The translations under genes were made by a program, and so were the position numbers. Below the pieces are notes generated by a model. The model saw nothing but the letters and a program-made list of their open reading frames with translations, ran no database searches and was not told where the DNA came from. Shown one piece after another: positions 10,312-20,600 of a stretch of DNA of 64,000 nt; position 1 is the stretch's first letter; each line of letters begins with the position of its first letter. Where the stretch lies: contig OZ000551.1 of assembly GCA_963923945.1 (NCBI GenBank), positions 1,890,605 to 1,954,604 of the forward strand, written 5' to 3'. This DNA comes from Alphaproteobacteria bacterium (lineage in GTDB: Bacteria > Pseudomonadota > Alphaproteobacteria > G963923945).

Positions 10312-11391
10312 TCATGCCAAGGCCGCATTCGGCGAGGCTGCTGCCGATGCTTGGTTATCGGCGGCATCGGAAAAAGCCAGCACCCCTTGACGTAATTTTT
10401 CAAAGGCCCGGGCCTCAATTTGGCGCACCCGCTCCCGACTGACTCCGTATTGTTGGGCCAAAGCTTCCAGAGTGAGAGGATCATCACGCAAGCGCCGTTG
10501 CTGGATGATATGACGCTCACGGTCATTTAAGGTTTTGAGGGCTTCGGTCAAGAAACGACCCCGGTAATCCTGCTCATCTTGTTCGGCCAGGGCATCTTCA
10601 AGATTGGCTGTCTCATCGGGCAATAAGTCAATATATTCGCCGGATTCATCGGCCCCGACCGGTGCATTCAAAGATGAATCTTTGGCCGACAAGCGCTGAT
10701 TCATCGCCACCACATCGGTTTCTGGGACATCCAGAGCCTCAGAGACCCGGGCCGCATCCTCCGGTGATAGATCGGTTTGGCTAAGGATGCCGAGTTTTTT
10801 CTTGATCTTATTTAGGCCGAAAAACAACTTTTTCTGGGCTGCAACCGTACCGATTTTGACCAATGACCAGGAGCGTAAGACGTATTCGGTAATCGCCGCT
10901 CGGATCCACCACATGGCATAAGTCGAAAGCCGGAATCCACGCTCCGGATCAAACCCTTTAACCGCCCGCATGAGGCCGACATTACCCTCAGCGATCAAAT
11001 CAGAAAACGGCAAACCATAGCCGCGATAGCCGCGGGCAATCTTAGCAACCAGCCGCAAATGACTGGTTACCAGACGATGGGCGGCATCAAGGTCTTTGTT
11101 GTCGTGCCAGCGTTTGGCCAGCATATATTCTTCTTCCGCCGCCAGAACGGAGAATTTTTGAATATCGGATAAATAACGCCCAATGCCGTGTTCGGGGGTC
11201 AGATTGGGCAGCGATAAAGCAGATGCAGAATTCGCGAATGGTGACTTCGCGGACGATGATGCGGACGATGATTTCACAAACGGTTTTGTAAAAGATGGTT
11301 CCGTAAGCGATGATGTCATAAACGGTATCGTAGACGGTATTACAGGCGACGTCATGGGCCATATCCTCCTTTGAGCAACATGGATATTCAT
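10312..11391 (-). CDS. rpoH: RNA polymerase sigma-32 factor RpoH
   Basis: SHLRLVAKIARGYRGYGL, RLSTYAMWWIRA, RpoH box QKKLFFGL, SRERVRQIE. The N-terminal ~60 aa are low-complexity, so the true start is probably downstream. Confidence 0.93.
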   Translation of the reverse strand: MNIHVAQRRIWPMTSPVIPSTIPFMTSSLTEPSFTKPFVKSSSASSSAKSPFANSASALSLPNLTPEHGIGRYLSDIQKFSVLAAEEEYMLAKRWHDNKDLDAAHRLVTSHLRLVAKIARGYRGYGLPFSDLIAEGNVGLMRAVKGFDPERGFRLSTYAMWWIRAAITEYVLRSWSLVKIGTVAAQKKLFFGLNKIKKKLGILSQTDLSPEDAARVSEALDVPETDVVAMNQRLSAKDSSLNAPVGADESGEYIDLLPDETANLEDALAEQDEQDYRGRFLTEALKTLNDRERHIIQQRRLRDDPLTLEALAQQYGVSRERVRQIEARAFEKLRQGVLAFSDAADNQASAAASPNAALA

Positions 11392-11620
11392 CGAATAGCG
11401 CCCGATGTCAGGAAGGCATGCTCTAAAAAATCAAAAGAGCCACGCCCACTTTTTCGCGGTCCCGAACCGGCAACCGCTCATCCAGCGCTTCCAATAATTA
11501 TTTATATCGCATAATGAAAGAAAATCATAGCAAAATTAAGGCATATATTCCAAAACTACCACAAATCATGCCAATGCTGCAATTCATATATGACCCTCAG
11601 TCGGAGAGCATATTTCTTCC

Positions 11621-14600
11621 TCACCAACGCAATCCAAGATTGAAACCGGCACTGTTTTCATCATTCTTAAAGTCCTGTTGTTGATAGAGTTCAAAACTCA
11701 GATCATAGGGTATCTGGGCATGGATGTGGTATCCGGTGCGGATTTGATTCATCATACCGCTGTCACTTCCAGAGAGTTCTAAATAGGGGCTATCGACACG
11801 ATTCCACCCCAATTGATACCCATAGGCGGTCTGCATAGCCCAGCGATGCAGGCTTCCTCCCTTTGTTCCGTCCAGGTTGGGGAATTTCTGCGAAGCCAAG
11901 AGTTGCTTATGCCCTTCTGTGAACAAAGCGCCAAAACCATGCTGCATCCGTATAGAAAACCCTTGTTGGCTGTTTGGTGAGGGATCCAAGGTTAGGGAAA
12001 GGCGCAAGCCCTGGTTTTGGAAATTGTGTTTTTGGTGTACGGCAATGCTGTGGCCGGATAATGATAAATCCAACCCGCGTGATGGATCGGCTGCTCTGAT
12101 TCCGGCCTCAACCTCAAGGCCCCATCCGGTTTCGTCATTGCCGCCATCACGGCGCAACGCCAAACCGGCATGCGGCGTGAGCGTTTTATCAGACCAAAAA
12201 TTATGCTCCCAGCGATTGTTCAGGCCAAACCGTAAGCGGTTGGTCTTGCCAACAGCCGCCGCATATCCGGGCAGTGATTGGGTTGCGCTGATGGCGTCGG
12301 AAGATGTTCGCGTATAGAGGAAATCGGCTGTCACATCGAGGCCGAATGAACTCTCATCGGAAGGTTCAATCACCGCGCCTTGCAGTCCGGTTGCGGCCAT
12401 TTGCCATCCGACTGCGGTACGGCGGGTCGGGCTTTCTTCCGGCTTCAAGCGCAAGCTGCCCCAGCCAAGACCGAATGCGGCCCATCCGCGCAGACGCTCC
12501 CAAAACCGCATACTGGCATAGGGAATGAGAGCCGTGATATTCCCTATTGCTCGGCCTTGGGAAGCCACCGGTCCGGTATTGCTATCCAGATGTCTATATT
12601 TGATATCACTATGACTGCGCGATAGCATCAGGCCGAAGAGGCGGTTATTTTTTTGATAATCGGCCGCCAACGCGAAGCCATAAACCTGGCCTTTAAGGTC
12701 TATATTTGACTCGATTTCGCTGAAACGTTGCCAGTTACCCTGGCCCCAGAGGGCAATCTCGCTCCCGCTATCGGTTGTGGCAACATAAGAAGATGATGTT
12801 CCGGCGAGCATTTCTCCGGCATTTTCAAGGCTTCCCAAGGATTGGGTCGTTTTTTTTGCCGTTGCAAAACCATCAAGCAATGATGACAATGGCACATCTC
12901 TGGGCAATGCCGCATATGTGCAGCGTCCAGCCGTTGAATCCGGGTCGGGGTGACAGGGCTGAATATTATGACCGGCCACTTGACCATTAAATCCGCGAAT
13001 CAAGTCTGATTCGATCCGTATAGCGATTAAATCGGAGACCTGTATCCCGACCATACTACCCAACAAATTGAGGGTCGGGGCCACGGGATTGACGGCGGGG
13101 TTGTTGTCTTCCCAGGTGACCGTCACCGGTGGCGCGGCCTGGTTGCCGTTGCGTGCCCCATCTTGGGCCACATTGGCAGCAACGCTGAGGGTGAGATCAG
13201 CACCGGAACCATCCGGGGTGACGGTGATAGTATAATCGGTTGCTGATAGAGGCCGCAGATTGTCGGAAGGCTCGCCATTGGTGACATCGAGATCAGTTGC
13301 TGCAAAACCGGTGACTTCTTCCGAAAACGTTACAGTGACATCGAAGGGTCCACCCGCCGCATCGGGGGCGGTGATGGTCACCTGGGGCTGGATGGCATCC
13401 CAAGTTACTGTCTTTGGCCCGGTGGCTTGGTTGCCATTTTTGGCTCTATCTTCGGCCACATTGGCGGCGATGCTGAGGGTGAGATCAGCACCGGAACCAT
13501 CCGGGGTGATATGAACGCTATAAAACGCGCCCGAACCATTGACACGGGTCGCTCTTGCGTTGGTGACGTTGAGATCGGTTGCGACAAAGCCGGTGACATT
13601 CTTGGAGAATGTCACGGTGGCATCAAAGGGGCCAGCGGTTGCGGCGGGGGCGGTGATGCTGACGGTTGGTCGCCCGGTATCCCAGATCACTGTCTTTGGC
13701 CCGGCGGCCTGGTTGCCATTACCGGCATCATCTTCGGCCACATTGGCGGCGATGCTGAGGGTGAGATCAGTGCCGGAACCATTCGGGGTGATCTGAACCG
13801 TATAATTGGTCCTTGAAACGGCGGTGACCTTGGTTGCATCACCATTGGTGACGGTGATGTCCGTTAAATCATCAAAATCGATGACCGGCTCGGAAAATGT
13901 GACGGTGACATCAAAGGGGCCACCGGCCGCCGCCGGTGCCCCGGTGATGGTCACCGTGGGCCGAGTGGCATCATAGATTATGGTTTCTGGCCCGGCGGCT
14001 TGGTTGCCGTTAAGTGCTCTGTCTCTGGCTGCATCGGCCTTGACCCGGACCTCAATAGGGCTGCCGCCATCCGGGGTGATCTCAACCATATAGTCGGTTC
14101 CCGAACCGCTGACATTGGTTGCCGCGCCATTGGTGACGTCGAGACCCGCTGCCCCAAAGCCGGTGACCGACTCGGAGAAGGTCACGGTGACATCAAAGGG
14201 GTTGGTGTTGTTGACCGCCGCCGGTGCCCCGGTGATGGTCACCGTGGGCTGAGTGGTATCATAGATTATGGTTTCTGGCCCGGTGGCTTGGTTGCCATTT
14301 TTGGCTCTATCTTCGGCCACATTGGCGGCGATGCTGAGGGTGAGATCAGCACCGGAACCATCCGGGGTGATCTCAACCATATAGTCGGTTCCCGAACCGC
14401 TGACATTGGTTGCCGCGCCATTGGTGACGTCGAGACCCGCTGCCCCAAAGCCGGTGACCGACTCGGAGAAGGTCACGGTGACATTAAAGGGGTTGGTGTT
14501 GTTGACCGCCGCCGGTGCCCCGGTGATGGTCACCGTGGGCCGAGTGGCATCATAGATTATGGTTTCTGGCCCGGCGGCTTGGTTGCCGTTAAGTGCTCTG

Positions 14601-17600
14601 TCTCTGGCTGCATCGGCCTTGACCCGGACCTCAATAGGGCTGCCGCCATCCGGGGTGATCTCAACCATATAGTCGGTTCCCGAACCGCTGACATTGGTTG
14701 CCGCGCCATTGGTGACGTCGAGACCCGCTGCCCCAAAGCCGGTGACCGACTCGGAGAAGGTCACGGTGACATCAAAGGGGTTGGTATTGTTGACCGCCGC
14801 CGGTGCCCCGGTGATGGTCACCGTGGGCCGAGTGGCATCATAGATTATGGTTTCTGGCCCGGTGGCTTGGTTGCCATTTTTGGCTCTATCTTCGGCCACA
14901 TTGGCGGCGATGCTGAGGGTGAGATCAGTGCCGGAACCATTCGGGGTGATCTGAACCGTATAATTGGTCCTTGAAACGGCGGTGACCTTGGTTGCATCAC
15001 CATTGGTGACGGTGATGTCCGTTAAATCATCAAAATCGATGACCGGCTCGGAAAATGTGACGGTGACATCAAAGGGGCCACCGGCCGCCGCCGGTGCCCC
15101 GGTGATGGTCACCGTGGGCCGAGTGGCATCATAGATTATGGTTTCTGGCCCGGCGGCTTGGTTGCCGTTAAGTGCTCTGTCTCTGGCTGCATCGGCCTTG
15201 ACCCGGACCTCAATAGGGCTGCCGCCATCCGGGGTGATCTCAACCATATAGTCGGTTCCCGAACCGCTGACATTGGTTGCCGCGCCATTGGTGACGTCGA
15301 GACCCGCTGCCCCAAAGCCGGTGACCGACTCGGAGAAGGTCACGGTGACATCAAAGGGGTTGGTGTTGTTGACCGCCGCCGGTGCCCCGGTGATGGTCAC
15401 CGTGGGCTGAGTGGTATCATAGATTATGGTTTCTGGCCCGGTGGCTTGGTTGCCATTTTTGGCTCTATCTTCGGCCACATTGGCGGCGATGCTGAGGGTG
15501 AGATCAGCACCGGAACCATCCGGGGTGATCTCAACCATATAGTCGGTTCCCGAACCGCTGACATTGGTTGCCGCGCCATTGGTGACGTCGAGACCCGCTG
15601 CCCCAAAGCCGGTGACCGACTCGGAGAAGGTCACGGTGACATTAAAGGGGTTGGTGTTGTTGACCGCCGCCGGTGCCCCGGTGATGGTCACCGTGGGCCG
15701 AGTGGCATCATAGATTATGGTTTCTGGCCCGGCGGCTTGGTTGCCGTTAAGTGCTCTGTCTCTGGCTGCATCGGCCTTGACCCGGACCTCAATAGGGCTG
15801 CCGCCATCCGGGGTGATCTCAACCATATAGTCGGTTCCCGAACCGCTGACATTGGTTGCCGCGCCATTGGTGACGTCGAGACCCGCTGCCCCAAAGCCGG
15901 TGACCGACTCGGAGAAGGTCACGGTGACATCAAAGGGGTTGGTGTTGTTGACCGCCGCCGGTGCCCCGGTGATGGTCACCGTGGGCCGAGTGGCATCATA
16001 GATTATGGTTTCTGGCCCGGTGGCTTGGTTGCCATTTTTGGCTCTATCTTCGGCCACATTGGCGGCGATGCTGAGGGTGAGATCAGTGCCGGAACCATCC
16101 GGGGTGATCTCAACCATATAGTCGGTTCCCGAACCGCTGACATTGGTTGCCGCGCCATTGGTGACGTCGAGACCCGCCACCCCAAAGCCGGTGACCGACT
16201 CGGAGAAGGTCACGGTGACATCGAAGGGGTTGGTATTGTTGACCGTCCCCGGTGCCCCGGTGATGGTCACCGTGGGCTGAGTGGTATCATAGATTATGAT
16301 CTCTGGCCCGGCGGCCTGGTTGCCATTACCGGCATCATCTTGGGCCGCATCGGCCTTGACCCGGACCTCAATAGGGCTGCCGCCATCCGGGGTGATGGTG
16401 GCGGTGTAGTCGGTCCCCGAACCGCTGACATTGGTTGCCGCGCCATTGGTGACGTCGAGACCCGCTGCCCCAAAGCCGGTGACCGATTCTGAAAACCTCA
16501 CGGTGACATCAAAGGGGTTGGTGTTGTTGACCGTCCCCGGTGCCCCGGTGATGGTCACCGTGGGCTGAGTGGTATCATAGATTATGGTTTCTGGCCCGGC
16601 GGCTTGGTTGCCATTACCGGCATCATCTTGGGCCGCATCGGCCTTGACCCGGACCTCAATAGGGCTGCCGCCATCCGGGGTGATGGTGGCGGTGTAGTCG
16701 GTTCCCGAACCGCTGACATTGGTTGCCGCGCCATTGGTGACGTCGAGACCCGCTGCCCCAAAGCCGGTGACCGACTCGGAGAAGGTCACGGTGACATTAA
16801 AGGGGTTGGTGTTGTTGACCGCCGCCGGTGCCCCGGTGATGGTCACCGTGGGCCGGGTGGCATCATAGATTATGATCTCTGGTCCGGCGGCCTGGTTGCC
16901 ATTACCGGCATCATCTTGGGCCGCATCGGCCTTGACCCGGACCTCAATAGGGCTGCCGCCATCCGGGGTGATCTCAACCATATAGTCGGTTCCCGAACCG
17001 CTGACATTGGTTGCCGCGCCATTGGTGACGTCGAGACCCGCTGCCCCAAAGCCGGTGACCGACTCGGAGAAGGTCACGGTGACATTAAAGGGGTTGGTGT
17101 TGTTGACCGCCGCCGGTGCCCCGGTGATGGTCACCGTGGGCTGAGTGGTATCATAGATTATGGTTTCTGGCCCGGTGGCTTGGTTGCCATTACCGGCATC
17201 ATCTTCGGCCACATTGGCGGCGATGCTGAGGGTGAGATCAGTGCCGGAACCATTCGGGGTGATCTGAACCGTATAATTGGTCCTTGAAACGGCGGTGACC
17301 TTGGTTGCATCACCATTGGTGACGGTGATGTCCGTTAAATCATCAAAATCGATGACCGGCTCGGAAAATGTGACGGTGACATCAAAGGGGCCACCGGCCG
17401 CCGCCGGTGCCCCGGTGATGGTCACCGTGGGCCGAGTGGCATCATAGATTATGGTTTCTGGCCCGGCGGCTTGGTTGCCGTTAAGTGCTCTGTCTCTGGC
17501 TGCATCGGCCTTGACCCGGACCTCAATAGGGCTGCCGCCATCCGGGGTGATCTCAACCATATAGTCGGTCCCCGAACCGCTGACATTGGTTGCCGCGCCA

Positions 17601-20600
17601 TTGGTGACGTCGAGACCCGCTGCCCCAAAGCCGGTGACCGATTCTGAAAACCTCACGGTGACATTAAAGGGGTTGGTGTTGTTGACCGTCCTCGGTGCCC
17701 CGGTGATGGTCACCGTGGGCTGAGTGGCATCATAGATTATGATCTCTGGTCCGGCGGCTTGGTTGCCATTACCGGCATCATCTTGGGCCGCATCGGCCTT
17801 GACCCGGACCTCAATAGGGCTGCCGCCATCCGGGGTGATCTCAACCATATAGTCGGTCCCCGAACCGCTGACATTGGTTGCCGCGCCATTGGTGACGTCG
17901 AGACCCGCTGCCCCAAAGCCGGTGACCGATTCTGAAAACCTCACGGTGACATTAAAGGGGTTGGTGTTGTTGACCGTCCTCGGTGCCCCGGTGATGGTCA
18001 CCGTGGGCTGAGTGGCATCATAGATTATGATCTCTGGTCCGGCGGCTTGGTTGCCATTACCGGCATCATCTTGGGCCGCATCGGCCTTGACCCGGACCTC
18101 AATAGGGCTGCCGCCATCCGGGGTGATCTCAACCATATAGTCGGTCCCCGAACCGCTGACATTGGTTGCCGCGCCATTGGTGACGTCGAGACCCGCTGCC
18201 CCAAAGCCGGTGACCGATTCTGAAAACCTCACGGTGACATCAAAGGGGTTGGTGTTGTTGACCGTCCCCGGTGCCCCGGTGATGGTCACCGTGGGCTGAG
18301 TGGCATCATAGATTATGATCTCTGGTCCGGCGGCTTGGTTGCCATTACCGGCATCATCTTGGGCCGCATCGGCCTTGACCCGGACCTCAATAGGGCTGCC
18401 GCCATCCGGGGTGATCTCAACCATATAGTCGGTCCCCGAACCGCTGACATTGGTTGCCGCGCCATTGGTGACGTCGAGACCCGCTGCCCCAAAGCCGGTG
18501 ACGTCTTTGTCAAACGTGACCGTCACATCAAAGGCGCCATTCACCCGCATCGGGGCGGTGATGCCAACAGTTGGTTGTGTGACATCCCAGGTTACCGTGG
18601 TTGTGCCTGCTGTGGCTTGGCTGAGGTTGCCCGCATCATCGGTTGCCGCATTGGCCGGGATGCTGAGAACCACATCTGCCCCCCCATATGGGGTGATTTC
18701 AACCCTATAGACCGCGCCCGAACCGATGAAATTGGTTACCCGCCCGTTGCCAACATCCACATCACTGCGCGTAAAGTCATTGACGTTTTCGTCAAACGTG
18801 ACTGTCACGTTAAAGGATGTGGTGCTGTTGATTGCTGCCGGTGCCCCGGTGATGGTCACCGTGGGCTGAGTGGCATCATAGATTATGATCTCTGGCCCGG
18901 CGGCCTGGTTGCCATTACCGGCATCATCTTGGGCCGCATCGGCCTTGACCCGGACCTCAATAGGGCTGCCGCCATCCGGGGTGATCTCAACCATATAGTC
19001 GGTTCCCGAACCGCTGACATTGGTTGCCGCGCCATTGGTGACGGTGATATCCGTTAAATCATCAAAATCGGTGACCGACTCGGAGAAGGTCACGGTGACA
19101 TCAAAGGGGTTGGTGTTGTTGACCGTCCCCGGTGCCCCGGTGATGGTCACCGTGGGCCGGGTGGCATCATAGATTATGGTTTCTGGCCCGGCGGCCTGGT
19201 TGCCATTACCGGCATCATCTTGGGCCGCATCGGCCTTGACCCGGACCTCAATAGGGCTGCCGCCATCCGGGGTGATCTCAACCATATAATCGGTTCCCGA
19301 ACCGCTGACATTGGTTGCCGCGCCATTGGTGACGTCGAGACCCGCTGCCCCAAAGCCGGTGACCGACTCGGAGAAGGTCACGGTGACATTAAAGGGGTTG
19401 GTGTTGTTGACCGCCGCCGGTGCCCCGGTGATGGTCACCGTGGGCTGAGTGGTATCATAGATTATGGTTTCTGGCCCGGCGGCTTGGTTGCCGTTGCCTC
19501 CGTCATCGATGGCCGCATCGGCCAAGACCCGGACCTCAATAGGGCCGTTCCCATCCGGGGTGATCTCAACCGTATAATCGGTCCCTGAAACGGCGGTGAC
19601 GTTGGTTGCATCACCATTGGTGACCGTCAAATCACTGGCCGCAAAGCCGGTGACCGCCTCGGAGAAGGTGACGGTGACATCAAAGGGGTTGGTGTTGTTG
19701 ACCGCCGCCGGTGCCCCGATGATGGTGGCGGTGGGCCGGTCACCATCATAGGTCACCGTGGTTGATCTTCTGGTCGCCGTATTGCGGTTGGTCGCGGCAT
19801 CTTCGGCGACATTGGCCGGGATGCTCAACATCATGTTGCCCTTCCCATCCGGGGTGACGGTGATGGTGTATGTTTCTCCTCCCCCCGGTGCGGGGGTCGG
19901 CCCACGCAGATTGGAGGGGGTGCCGTTGGTGACCGTCAAATCACTGGCCACAAAGCCGGTGACCGACTCGGAGAAGGTCACGGTGACATCGAAGGGGATA
20001 CCACGCACCGGTGGCGCGCTGGTGATGGCAACCCCTGGTGCTGTAACATCCCAGCGCACGGTGACTGGTATTGCGGCCACACTCGGGTTGTTATGTGGAA
20101 TATCTACGGCCACATTGGCCGGGACGGTCAGGACCGTATCGAGGCCAGGCCGTGTTGTGATTTGGAATTCATATTTTTCGGATGAGATTGGCGTGAAACG
20201 CAATACATTGGCGCCAGTCCTCCCTAGACTACCCATCCCAAAGTTTCTGACCGGTTCATCGAATTCCACCGTCACCACAAAGGTGGATGCTCTATTGACT
20301 GCCTCCGGAGCGCCGGTGATGGTCGGGGTTGGCCCGACATTATCAAACTGATACGTCACCTCAGCGCCAGCCGGAAGTGTCGGATCAATCGGATTGCTCA
20401 TATTGTCAATCAGCCCCGGTGAGGGGCCGGTCAATGTCAGATCACCGGAAAAATTATTCAGGTTACGCAAGATGAAAACAAATTTTCTGGAATTTCTTTT
20501 GGACGCACTAAAATTGGAACCCAGTGGTGCCCCGGTTACACTGAAATAGTTTAGGGCATCGGAAGTGCTCAAAGGGATCGGCATTCCTGTGGCATTCAGA